Shown: piece after piece, positions 19,788 through 29,663 of the stretch
Layout of the letters: each line of letters opens with the position of its first letter
How positions within the stretch are numbered: position 1 is the stretch's first letter
Assembly (NCBI GenBank): GCA_963662285.2
Contig: CAXXMV010000001.1
Coordinates: forward strand, 1,088,001-1,152,000
Origin: a bacterium
GTDB lineage: Bacteria; Hinthialibacterota; Hinthialibacteria; Hinthialibacterales; Hinthialibacteraceae
Length of the DNA stretch: 64,000 nt
Direction of reading: 5' to 3'
Position numbers and translations under genes: made by a program
Notes under the pieces: generated by a model
Told to the model about the DNA's origin: nothing
Seen by the model: only the letters and a program-made list of their open reading frames with translations
The model's database searches: none

Positions 19788-20792
19788 TTATTGAGTAGAT
19801 AATGAGAGACCAGAAAAACAGCGTTCCCGGATTTTATTTGCCAGGATTTCAAAATCGCTATAGCATTGATGAACAGCTTGCATATGTGAACCGATAGCCC
19901 CATCAGCAGGTTTCAGATGAAATAGGGGCTTTTTCACTTCCATAGCCATAGGCATCAGACTTCTATAATGTTTTATCATAGCCAGGCAATGATTATCTTC
20001 TTCTACAGAAATTGTACTTTTTTCTGGTTCATCTAAAACATGATTCCTATATTGCGCTGGTATTCTTCTGATCCACTTTTCATAAGCTTTTACTGGTTTA
20101 TTTTGATGAATGGCGTGTTGCAGAACAATGTATCCAACTGGTTCGATGTTGCCTTTAGGCAAAATTAAACTATCTTCAGGATTCTTTAGAATACGTTCTT
20201 TCCATTGTTTCCGCCAATTCTGGATAGTAGGTCCAAGATTTTGTAGTCCTTGAATGGAATAAAGGTCAGGCGCCAGTGGGATAACTATATAGTCTGCTGC
20301 GATAATGGCAGACCGATTGATAGCGCCAAGATTTGGCCCGACATCAATCAATACTAAATCCGTTTCGAAATCCTGCGCTGCGTTGTGCAAAATACGATAA
20401 AAAGCAGATAGAACGCGAAACGCGCTTTCATCACCATCGCTGCATTTAGGCCATTGTTCGCTCAGTTTATCCTCGAACTTTGATAATCCCAGGTCGCCAG
20501 TTATAAGGCCAAAGTTTATATCAACCTGCTCGATATGGATATCGTTGCTAACATCACCAAGCCCGCGTAGAATCGGGTCGATCATGCCTTTGATAGTATA
20601 AGGGTGATGTTCGTCAGGCCATAACTCTTCCAGGCGGTTCTCGCTTAAGCACATGGAAGTTAGGTTGGATTGCGGATCGAGGTCTGCGGCGATGACTCTT
20701 TGACCCATTTCCGCATACATCCATGCCAAATGATAAACCAGCGATGTCTTTCCCACTCCGCCTTTGTTATTGAAAAAAGCAATGGTTTTCAT
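19788..20792 (-). CDS. ParA/MinD-family ATPase (long orphan type, no parB)
   Basis: Deviant Walker A NNKGGVGKT, DLDPQSNL and IDVGPNLG; ATG overlaps the upstream gene's TGA (ATGA at 20789-20792). Confidence 0.9.
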   Translation of the reverse strand: MKTIAFFNNKGGVGKTSLVYHLAWMYAEMGQRVIAADLDPQSNLTSMCLSENRLEELWPDEHHPYTIKGMIDPILRGLGDVSNDIHIEQVDINFGLITGDLGLSKFEDKLSEQWPKCSDGDESAFRVLSAFYRILHNAAQDFETDLVLIDVGPNLGAINRSAIIAADYIVIPLAPDLYSIQGLQNLGPTIQNWRKQWKERILKNPEDSLILPKGNIEPVGYIVLQHAIHQNKPVKAYEKWIRRIPAQYRNHVLDEPEKSTISVEEDNHCLAMIKHYRSLMPMAMEVKKPLFHLKPADGAIGSHMQAVHQCYSDFEILANKIRERCFSGLSLSTQ

Positions 20793-21976
20793 GATTGTTT
20801 CCATATAGTAACCAGTACATAATTCTGCTCGAATTCGAATTCCGCCGGAGGATTATTGTTCTCCTTGAGTGATTTTTGAGCCTGTTGAATGCCAATCCCG
20901 AATCTATTTACATATCCCAGTTCTTTCATTGCTTCAGCAACAACCGGATTTCGATAGGATGTTTGACGCATATAATTATCCGGCGTAACTTCGCCAAAGA
21001 GCCCTCCCGGACTATGGATTTCAATACGGTTTGAGAACCAGTTCAATCTTATAGGACTAGTGGAGCCTTCATAATTCCGGTGCATGACGGCATTCATAAG
21101 CAACTCGCGGATAGCGCGTTCAGGGTAGCTGAGAACAGCTCGTTCTTTAAGGATATTCTCAAATTCTGGATGCTGTTGAATCTGTAATAGGATAAATTGA
21201 GCAATATTTTTCAGAACATTTAGTAAATCACCACTGAATTGTTTTTCATCAATAACCTCATCGGTAATTGATTCGCCATTGAAGCGTACAAATTGAATAT
21301 ATGCTCCAGGAAGCCAACGTAAAGGATCTTCAGCAAACAACAAAATCCCTGCGTTGGTGGGACATGAATGTTTTAAATCATAGAATCTAAGAGAATTAAG
21401 TTGATTGATCCAATTACGATTATTCTGTTCAATGATGTCATGCGAAACGGCGTTAGGAAGATATGTAATCAAAAAAAGTTCACGGCTCAATTCTTCGATT
21501 TCGCACCCCAGGCAAGGCCGGGCGTCAAAGGTTACTGCATGAGATATTCTTTTTTCAGAAAGATTTTGTTCATCTAATTCTGTGGCTATGCGGCATGTTG
21601 GGCCAACCCGAATCCATACCTGTCCTTTATAACGCACAGGCGGCAATAATGAAGGAGAAGTTTCAACCACAGCCACATCGCCATCTACAAATGAATGTTT
21701 TTGCACTGTAATTGAAGGGAGTGGTTGTATATTTCCCGTATCTCGAATCGAGGCCAGATCTTTTAGTAATTTATCGGTTAATTCTAATCCAGATAATTCA
21801 GAGGTTTTATCTTTTACGCCAATAAGTAGATACCCCGGCTTAAGGTGGTTGGGGAAATCATTTGAAAAGGAACAAATATTTTTGGCAAACTTGTCTAAAT
21901 CTTTGGTAGAAGTTGTCCGCTCTACACGGTCAGATTCAAGATCGCGAATTATTATTAAAAGTTCTTCGTTGGTCAT
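20789..21976 (-). CDS. Schlafen/AlbA_2 domain plus HATPase_c_4 (RecG C-terminal-like) protein
   Basis: LESDRVER, ICSFSN and GYLLIGVKD (AlbA_2); YPERAIRELLMNAVMHRNY, IEIHSPGG, RNPVVAE and VNRFGIG (HATPase_c_4). Confidence 0.88.
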   Translation of the reverse strand: MTNEELLIIIRDLESDRVERTTSTKDLDKFAKNICSFSNDFPNHLKPGYLLIGVKDKTSELSGLELTDKLLKDLASIRDTGNIQPLPSITVQKHSFVDGDVAVVETSPSLLPPVRYKGQVWIRVGPTCRIATELDEQNLSEKRISHAVTFDARPCLGCEIEELSRELFLITYLPNAVSHDIIEQNNRNWINQLNSLRFYDLKHSCPTNAGILLFAEDPLRWLPGAYIQFVRFNGESITDEVIDEKQFSGDLLNVLKNIAQFILLQIQQHPEFENILKERAVLSYPERAIRELLMNAVMHRNYEGSTSPIRLNWFSNRIEIHSPGGLFGEVTPDNYMRQTSYRNPVVAEAMKELGYVNRFGIGIQQAQKSLKENNNPPAEFEFEQNYVLVTIWKQS

Positions 21977-22087
21977 AATGCTTTAGGGTATTGGAATTGT
22001 CTCATTGATTCAACACATTATGGCATAAAGCAAATAAATTCAAAGCGCTAATTTTCACACACCATATAATCCAAATGTTGAATAATA

Positions 22088-23533
22088 TCAATTTATTTCT
22101 GTTTGGAGTATTCTAGCCAACTGCCGGGCAATCATTTTATGACCAAGTTCATTGGGAAAGGGTGAGTTGTCAGATTGCAGTAAATATGCAAAGGGAATGT
22201 GGTTTAATTGATATACAGGAGAAAGCCAGTATAGGGAATCTTCTTGTTTAGGAGGATTAAAAGAATGAACAAATTGATGATTACTGGTTAATCGTTCGTA
22301 ACCGCCATCATCACTCGTTTGGTTTCCCGCATTATTGAGCAAGAAAGAGAACTGAATTTCAGCAGGTTTATCCAAATTAATTAAATAAGACCAAACCCGG
22401 TCGCGGGCGCGTTCATCGCCATGCGAGCCATCATCATACATAGTTAGTATTTGTGTTTTATCATCTGATTGCAGAAAATTAGCTATAAGGGAGACTCCGC
22501 CATTTAAGGCCTGGGGACTGGAATCATACATACGGATTAAATAGGTTGTTTTAGAATCATCGCTAAAATAATCTACTCCGCTTCGCGCCAGGTTTAGTTG
22601 AGTCTGTTTCCTGCGTCCTTCTCTGGCGCCCTGAGTTTCGAAGTACGAACGAATATCGAGACAAGGAATATGGTATTGATCAGCCAACGATTTGATAGTT
22701 GGCGTTATTTTGAAATTGAGCAGGTTGGAATTTAGCAGTAATGCTTTTCCACCTTGAGCAATATGATGTTCCAGGATGGCGCTGATATAGGATTTGAAGG
22801 AGTTAGTAGATATCTTATCACGCCATTGGTTATCCTTGATCCGTTCGGAAATGAGTTGCTCGATTATAGTATGCATCAGGTTAATTTTTCGCTGAGACAA
22901 CCAATGCCCTAAACTGCTATATTTATCTAATAAATTTTGAATGCCTTGATATCCTCCAGACATCCCATTCTCATTAAAAATCGTGAATATCTCCTCTTCA
23001 GAAAGCCGACTTTCAAATGAATCGAAAAAACCTATAGCCAAGACCAGAACATCGGGTTTAAAGTTATGCACAATACTTTCATATTGTTTTAGCAGATGCA
23101 GAGAGGTAAATCCTGGCGCTGCGAAATTTAGAATTTCATAACACTTATCTTTTTGCCCGATCAAACAGGATTTCAGCATAGCGGGGAAAGTCTTTTCTGC
23201 AGGAAGATTCCAACCAAATGCCAGACTGTCTCCCATTATAGCAATACGCGTTACCTCGGGATTCTTTTCAAGGTGAATCTCGCCCATGCGCATACCTAAT
23301 GTATTAGTCGTAATCTCAATAGATTGGGAGTCGATTGAAGCAAGCGACAAGGAAAGGTTCGGGCGTATTTTGCCGTATGCATCCGTTTGAAACAGTGGCC
23401 TAAAATCATCCTGTAAATAAGTAGACTTAGCCATAACCTCATCGAAAAGAAGCGGACGAAGGATGAGGTCTAATACAATAAGTGATAAAAATCCGATAGG
23501 AACTATATATAATATTAAGCGACGGTATGTCAT
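22088..23533 (-). CDS. membrane-anchored SGNH/GDSL-fold protein with inserted choice-of-anchor-X-like segment
   Basis: N-terminal TM; TNTLGMR, IMGDSLAFG, ILNFAAPG and PDVLVL blocks; insert MYDDGSHGDERARDRVWS; C-terminal PFPNELGH. Confidence 0.75.
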   Translation of the reverse strand: MTYRRLILYIVPIGFLSLIVLDLILRPLLFDEVMAKSTYLQDDFRPLFQTDAYGKIRPNLSLSLASIDSQSIEITTNTLGMRMGEIHLEKNPEVTRIAIMGDSLAFGWNLPAEKTFPAMLKSCLIGQKDKCYEILNFAAPGFTSLHLLKQYESIVHNFKPDVLVLAIGFFDSFESRLSEEEIFTIFNENGMSGGYQGIQNLLDKYSSLGHWLSQRKINLMHTIIEQLISERIKDNQWRDKISTNSFKSYISAILEHHIAQGGKALLLNSNLLNFKITPTIKSLADQYHIPCLDIRSYFETQGAREGRRKQTQLNLARSGVDYFSDDSKTTYLIRMYDSSPQALNGGVSLIANFLQSDDKTQILTMYDDGSHGDERARDRVWSYLINLDKPAEIQFSFLLNNAGNQTSDDGGYERLTSNHQFVHSFNPPKQEDSLYWLSPVYQLNHIPFAYLLQSDNSPFPNELGHKMIARQLARILQTEIN

Positions 23534-23687
23534 TGGCTTCCAATATATGTATACTATAGCGATCCATATTCATGAGCTGTTAGTATGAATATGGATATAC
23601 AAACTAATAATAAAATGGTTGAGTTCTTGTTCAAGTTTAAAGTTTAAGGCGCTTTTGGATATTGCTATAGTGCTTTAAGGTCAGATA

Positions 23688-23945
23688 ATGAGATTAATAC
23701 AAAAGAAAAAATCCAGGATTTCAAAAGAAAAAAAGACGGTTAAGGTTCATTGCCGCAGTTGCGAATTTTTTTATATCACATGGGATCAACAGCGTCCCTA
23801 TGGATGCCGGGCAATGGGTTTCAAGACTAAAAGTCTTCCATCATGGGTGGTATTTCAAAGTTCAGGCGAGCAATGTCAATCTTTTCTGGTTAAAAAAAAC
23901 AGGGATGAATCCACCAATAACAAGTCTACCAGGCGTAAAAGATAG
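23688..23945 (+). CDS. small four-cysteine protein of unknown function
   Basis: CRSCEFFYITWD...PYGCRAMGFKTKSLPS...SSGEQC pattern, which I recognise as a conserved small bacterial family. Confidence 0.7.
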   Translation: MRLIQKKKSRISKEKKTVKVHCRSCEFFYITWDQQRPYGCRAMGFKTKSLPSWVVFQSSGEQCQSFLVKKNRDESTNNKSTRRKR

Positions 23946-23985
23946 CGCTGGGTATGGATTGCTCAGAAATATCTCTTTACTCTTC

Positions 23986-25257
23986 TTATCCGTTTGGAGC
24001 AGTGATAGTTAGAAGACGGTGGGTAAAAAGTTTTTGAGCTGTTTGAGAAATCTGCTCTGGCGTGACTGCATAAATTTTATCAGGAAAATGATTCGCGAAG
24101 TCCCATCCTAGACCATTGATTTCATAAGAAGCGTAGCAAGATGACTGCCCCATATTAGATTCTAGGGACATGACATAGGTTCCGCATACGTATGTTTTCA
24201 CTCGGTTCAATTCTTCTTCACTGACTGATTCAGTTTTCATTTTCTCAATTTCCATTTCAGTGCAACTCACCAGTTCTGCGCGGTTCTGGGGTGATGTAAC
24301 GGCATAAGCGATAAATGGAGAATGGTCACGCTGGGGAGAGAAGGAAGCGCCGACCTGGTAGCATAAACCACGCTTATCCCTGATCTCGCGAAACAAACGT
24401 GAATCCATAGAACCGCCTAGTATGGCTGAAATAATTCTCAATGGAATGGCTTCTTCATCGCGTAAGCCGCAGCCGGGATAACCGAGCACCAGATATTCCG
24501 CTTCGGAATCACGGTGTTCAATGATTTCCGTATTTTCTTTGATTGGCAAAGACGGTGAATCAAACTCTGGAATACCGCCGGTTTTTCTGCTTGATCGGGC
24601 AGAAAAAACATCCGTGATAATTTTGGGAATATCACTGTTTTCTGCGCCGCCGACTACGGAAATCACCAGATTAGCCGGATCAAAAACGCGATGCGAAAAA
24701 CTGGTTAAATCATCCCGTTGGATATTATCCAGCGTCTCCACCAAACCGATGCTGGGCCAGCTGTATGAATGTGAGCCATAGTAATTCTTACGGAAGATAC
24801 GCATGGTATATTGCATACGGGAATCATCCTGTTCCAGGATGTTCATGCGCACGATTTCACGTTCACGGATCAATTTGTCTTCAGGAAATACCGGGCAATC
24901 CATCAGTTCCAGGACAGTATTCAAATCTTCTTCAAGAAAATCTATTGTAGTCAGAAGATCGACTGCAGAACTATCCTTGCCGGATTCCGCCTTAAAATGG
25001 GCCCCATTACGCTCCAGGTTATCCGCAATCTCCTCTTCGGAATGCTTCTCCGTACCAGCCGATAACATGCGCATGCAGAGATTGGCCATGCCGGCTTTAT
25101 CCGCGTTCTCATGACGGGAAGCCAATCGGCTTAGGATGCGAATAGCCACAATCTGATTAAAAGGATTGGGCGCATATAGCAGAGTAGTTCCATTGGGAAA
25201 CGCCTGGCGGGAGACGGAACGTTTTGGAATGTGGATAGCGGCGGATTCGATAGTCAT
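23986..25257 (-). CDS. M16 (pitrilysin) family peptidase, non-catalytic-type subunit
   Basis: NGTTLLY, MLSAGT and ILGGSMDSRLFREIRDKRGLCY; HxxEH replaced by NLCMR. Confidence 0.88.
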   Translation of the reverse strand: MTIESAAIHIPKRSVSRQAFPNGTTLLYAPNPFNQIVAIRILSRLASRHENADKAGMANLCMRMLSAGTEKHSEEEIADNLERNGAHFKAESGKDSSAVDLLTTIDFLEEDLNTVLELMDCPVFPEDKLIREREIVRMNILEQDDSRMQYTMRIFRKNYYGSHSYSWPSIGLVETLDNIQRDDLTSFSHRVFDPANLVISVVGGAENSDIPKIITDVFSARSSRKTGGIPEFDSPSLPIKENTEIIEHRDSEAEYLVLGYPGCGLRDEEAIPLRIISAILGGSMDSRLFREIRDKRGLCYQVGASFSPQRDHSPFIAYAVTSPQNRAELVSCTEMEIEKMKTESVSEEELNRVKTYVCGTYVMSLESNMGQSSCYASYEINGLGWDFANHFPDKIYAVTPEQISQTAQKLFTHRLLTITAPNG

Positions 25258-25283
25258 AAGATATCTTTTCGTGAGAAGAATAA

Positions 25284-25311
25284 GCGGGACGCGGTTTATA
25301 CCACGCCCCGC
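25284..25311 (-). terminator. probable intrinsic terminator after gpmA
   Basis: Minus-strand GCGGGGCGTGGT-ataa-ACCGCGTCCCGC stem (two G-U pairs) followed by TTATTCTT. Confidence 0.65.
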
Positions 25312-25335
25312 CTGGAAATGGTTGATTCTAGATGC

Positions 25336-26085
25336 TTATTTCTTGGCTTTGCCCTGGTTAGCGACTGCTTCCATGGCTTTCTTGACTTCTTCCTCATCGC
25401 CGAGATAGTAATGCTTGATAGGCTTCAGGTCTTCATCCAGTTCGTAAACCAGTGGAAGCCCGGTCGGGATATTAAGCGCCAAGACTTCTTCTTCGCTAAG
25501 GTTATCCAGATGTTTGACCAAACCGCGCAAACTGTTGCCATGAGCGGCGATAATGACGCGCTTGCCTTCTTTGATGGTCGGCACGATAGTCTCGAACCAG
25601 TAAGGCAGGAAGCGTTCGATGGTGTCTTTGAGACATTCAGTAGTCGGCTGATCTTTTGGATCAAGGTTTTGATATTTTGGATCGTTGCCGGGGAAGCGTT
25701 CGTCCGTTTTCTCAAGTTCAGGAGGCGGGGTATCATAGCTGCGGCGCCAGATTTTGACCTGATCGTCGCCGTATTTTTCGGCGGTTTCAGCTTTGTTTAA
25801 TCCCTGCAGGGCGCCGTAATGACGCTCATTGAGACGCCAGGTGCGATGAACGTCGATCCACATCTGGTCGAGGTTGTCGAGAGTGATCCATAGGGTGCGG
25901 ATGGCGCGTTTGAGGACGGACGTGAAAGCAATATCAAATTGAAAGCCATTTTCTTTCAAAGTTTGCCCGGCTTTATTGGCTTCCATGACGCCTTGTTCAG
26001 AAAGGTCGACGTCATACCAACCAGTAAAACGGTTTTCCATGTTCCAAATGCTCTGCCCATGCCTTAACAATACGATTTTATACAT
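25336..26085 (-). CDS. gpmA: 2,3-bisphosphoglycerate-dependent phosphoglycerate mutase
   Basis: [39 protein letters not shown] and NIPTG; GGAG RBS before ATG 26085. Confidence 0.99.
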   Translation of the reverse strand: MYKIVLLRHGQSIWNMENRFTGWYDVDLSEQGVMEANKAGQTLKENGFQFDIAFTSVLKRAIRTLWITLDNLDQMWIDVHRTWRLNERHYGALQGLNKAETAEKYGDDQVKIWRRSYDTPPPELEKTDERFPGNDPKYQNLDPKDQPTTECLKDTIERFLPYWFETIVPTIKEGKRVIIAAHGNSLRGLVKHLDNLSEEEVLALNIPTGLPLVYELDEDLKPIKHYYLGDEEEVKKAMEAVANQGKAKK

Positions 26086-26179
26086 TTTTATACTCCGGAT
26101 TATCAATGAAATTGTTTTTTTATCTGGGGGTTATTGTCGCTGTCCAGAAGATGTTCGTCAAGCATTATACCCGTGGGCG

Positions 26180-27970
26180 CTATTGGTTGGAGAATCGCTG
26201 CATTCGTTTTACCGTAAGACTGAAGAATAACCAAGAATAACCCAACAGGAAAAGGGATTGGCATAAGACCAGTTTCCACCAAACCCACCCGATGATTGAA
26301 GAAGATACGCCGCGCTTTAATGGCTCGTTATAGCGAAAACACAAGAAAATCGGTGAAATGTAATTGGCCAGTGATTCCCATATAAGTATGGCTGGTCGCC
26401 CGAAAAAGAAGAAGCAGAAACCGAAGCCAAACAAACATAAATATAATAAAAACAAGGCTTGAATATATGAAGCGGCAATAGTTTTTGCGAAAGAAGAGCA
26501 AAAAAGCCCGATGCTGCTAGTCAATACTCCCATCAGAATAAATAAGATGCATGATCCAAAGATGTATTCAGCGGAATTATGCAGAATTCTATATGAACCA
26601 TATTCTGATCTATATATTGTAAAGAACCAAACTAACAGCGGTAATCCATAAGCCGCGCAAAAGCGCCATAGGAACATGGATAATCCAGCCCTGAATTTCC
26701 CCATAACAATCTGTTTCGACGTCTGGGTTGTGGTAATAAGAATGCTCATTGTGTCGCGGTCGCATTCTCTGCGGATTGTCTCAACCGCATAAGGTAAGAT
26801 AAATATGGGAGATATCCATAGCATGACGAAAGGAATCCACATGCGCCACTCTAGAAAAAATGAGAATCGTTTGGGATCGCCTGAGGGGTGAAAATGGAAA
26901 CCAATCAGCATTGCACTAAAGAAAAAAATCAATAGCAGTTGAAAATGGAACCAAAAATTTGCTGTTCCATGCATATATCTTAAATCTTTTATACAGACAG
27001 GATTATGCTGATCGGGGTAGAGTTGTTTTTCCTCAAAAGACAAAGAAGCTATGCGGCGGCTCTCTTTTTTTCGTAAAATTCTTCTGGTTAGACTGGTAAT
27101 ATCAAATTTACGCCGCTTCTTCATTTTAGACAGCGCCCGGATTGCACGCGCAGAAATAATCAATAAAAGTATGAATGTGATAATAGCGTGAGACATGTAA
27201 GGATGCTGAACGCACCAGGGATTTACGATTTCCTTGGGATAAGGAATTCCACTACCTTCAAAAAATACGACAGATAGAACAAATGGCGACGATAAAATCG
27301 GCAAACCATAAAACAATGGAAAAGGTTTATATTTCAAACTGTCTAAAACCATATACCAGGCGCCGCTGAAAGCCGGGAGCACTACGAAATAACCAATGGT
27401 GAGCAAAAAAGTAGAGAATATTGCGGTAGATATTTTTTCGTAATGAATGGAACATGTAATTCCAATTAGCGTAACAATTACAGCGGCTTCGGTTATCATG
27501 CCGAATATGAAATAGATTTCATGCGGCGAGACTCCACCAGCGGTCATGCATAAACCGTAAATGGGAATCAAAGATAGAAGAAAAAGCCAGACATAGAGAA
27601 TGGATGCCAGAAATTTCCCCCACAGGATGCTGCATAGATTTAAGGGAGTCGATATCAACAGATCCCAGGTATCTTTTTCCCGCTCGGTATTAATTCGCGT
27701 TGCGCTGATGAAAGGCAGGATCAAGAGAATCACAAATGCCTGAACCATATTCATGCGCAAGAAAAAAAAGCGACCCTGGCTGGTGAACTGAAATAAATTT
27801 GATTCAGTCTTAATCATATGCCAAAACAACAGGAAAAAATAAAGCGAGAGACTGATAAAGATAAATAACTGAATAAACGAACTGGTTTTGCGTAGATTCC
27901 TGACCAGTTCACGCATAATGATTGGATTATTGAATAAATGAGGCCGCGCATTCCATATTCGTTTTATCAT
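26180..27970 (-). CDS. ABC-2/GldF-like permease subunit with two tandem permease repeats
   Basis: NPIIMREL...EREKDTWDLLISTPL...ILWGK, repeated as NPVCIKDL...ECDRDTMSILITT...IVMGK; multiple TM helices. Confidence 0.85.
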   Translation of the reverse strand: MIKRIWNARPHLFNNPIIMRELVRNLRKTSSFIQLFIFISLSLYFFLLFWHMIKTESNLFQFTSQGRFFFLRMNMVQAFVILLILPFISATRINTEREKDTWDLLISTPLNLCSILWGKFLASILYVWLFLLSLIPIYGLCMTAGGVSPHEIYFIFGMITEAAVIVTLIGITCSIHYEKISTAIFSTFLLTIGYFVVLPAFSGAWYMVLDSLKYKPFPLFYGLPILSSPFVLSVVFFEGSGIPYPKEIVNPWCVQHPYMSHAIITFILLLIISARAIRALSKMKKRRKFDITSLTRRILRKKESRRIASLSFEEKQLYPDQHNPVCIKDLRYMHGTANFWFHFQLLLIFFFSAMLIGFHFHPSGDPKRFSFFLEWRMWIPFVMLWISPIFILPYAVETIRRECDRDTMSILITTTQTSKQIVMGKFRAGLSMFLWRFCAAYGLPLLVWFFTIYRSEYGSYRILHNSAEYIFGSCILFILMGVLTSSIGLFCSSFAKTIAASYIQALFLLYLCLFGFGFCFFFFGRPAILIWESLANYISPIFLCFRYNEPLKRGVSSSIIGWVWWKLVLCQSLFLLGYSWLFFSLTVKRMQRFSNQ

Positions 27971-28097
27971 AATAATAGTATTAGATCAGTTCTCAAAATT
28001 ACATAGGTTAAAGATATAGTTTTGTTAATCTTCATATAAACGGACTACCCCAATTTATATTACAATAATTTACTTAGGTTTTTTTGGATGAGTAGAT

Positions 28098-29635
28098 TCA
28101 GCGCCATGCATAACGCATTTTATTTTGATTGAAACGCGCTATGAGAATAAATATTACGTATTGCAATGCCAACCCAACCACAAATGGCAAAAGGATAGAT
28201 ATTTCTAATGGCTGAAATGAAATCGATAGCAATGCATGGATAGGGGATATACTGGCGATGTAGGGGATCAGAACATTACTTGATTCACGCATCATGAGAT
28301 GCAAGATGTATGGAGCGCCCAACCAAACGAAAAGGCTGGAGAATACCCATAAATTCCCTTCCAACTCATCACTGGAATGAAATCCTAATAATAAACCCAA
28401 TCGCGCTGCAAGGTGTAAAGCCATCCATGCCTGAACGATGAAGCAAAGCGTAACCACTAGAACTGATAGGGGCTGAAAGAAATCAGCGATTATCATCCAT
28501 ATAATAAAGAAAAGCATCATCCATTTTATGGCGATTGTGGGAAGCATGGCGGCGACGCTTTCCTTAGTATCGGTAATCTCAGAGAGAGGAATAAGCGTGA
28601 TTCGCATTGAATCCAGTCTTAAACTGCTCCGCTCATTAAGCATTTCACTCATGGCGTTTAATGCAGCGTAGATTACGCAACAAACCAGAATAATGACAAA
28701 TGGAACACCCAACACGCTATACATGCCCGGTTCGTGTTTCATACAGGCAATCAATACTATAGGAGATAATAAGAATAGAGCGACAATCATAATATCACGC
28801 ACTGTTTGCCGGTGGATTAACGGCCCGCCAATGGTTTGCTGGCGAACCTGTTCCAAAGTCATATATTTTGAGATACCGTCATCATGAGAGAAAATGGTTC
28901 CCTCATCACGCCGCAGAAACGCAAAAAACCGGCTGATAGTCTTGGCGTTGGGATCGCATTGTTTTTCCAAGTCTTCAATGGCGAACGGCGCTGATTTTTT
29001 CGCTTTATGAAATTAATCACCAGGTTGGCGACTGCATATACATAAAGCACCCAAGTGATAAATGGTATATTAATGCTTCCCCATATTGCATGAACAAAGA
29101 AATATACGCTTCCAAAAACCATAAACATAAATGAAAATGTGTAGCCTGTTTGTTGATTAAATTGGGAACCTTCCCATACAGAGAAAATTAAATGAACCCA
29201 TATCACTGGCATCATTAGTATGAATGTTAAGATTGGTGAAATCCATGAAAAGCCCGCCTCCAGCCGAAACAAGCATATAAGTATAGAGGGAATGGAAGCA
29301 AAACAGAGAACCATAGTTATCATAAACGGTGCGAAGGTCATGCCAAAAATCAAGCGTTTTGGCGTAATCGGAGTCGCCAGCAGAAATTCAAGCGTTCCCT
29401 GGCGCATCTCATCCCGTGGAGAGGTTCCAGCAATGATGCAGCCCCACAATGCAGGCCAGAACATGCCAGACAGCGTAATAAGGATAGGCCAAAAGCATGA
29501 GGGATTATTAATCCGGGGTATCTGGGAATAAATTATGAGATGAGTTACATAAGTTAAGATCAATGTAAAAAACGAACCGAGCATAACCCGGCGGTTGCGG
29601 AATATCCTGAAAGAAGCGCGTATGAAACCTATCAT
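28098..29635 (-). pseudogene. frameshifted paralog of the 29664-31217 permease-like gene (ORFs 28859-29635 and 28098-28970)
   Basis: Both halves align to the neighbouring gene; one extra A in the A6 tract (plus-strand T6 at 28995-29000) restores RKKSAPFAIEDLEKQ. Confidence 0.85.
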
Positions 29636-29663
29636 AGCTTACAGAAACTCCAATGCTCTGATC

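Noticed and set aside
19788-20792. Chromosome or plasmid partitioning locus
   Set aside because: No parB, recognisable parS or rep gene; the protein is longer than Soj and coupled to an AlbA_2 gene.
25231-25800. Long antisense or alternate-frame ORFs (e.g. 25231-25800, 17330-17878, 7550-8008, 14765-15199)
   Set aside because: They overlap confidently identified genes and show no motifs; typical shadow ORFs.
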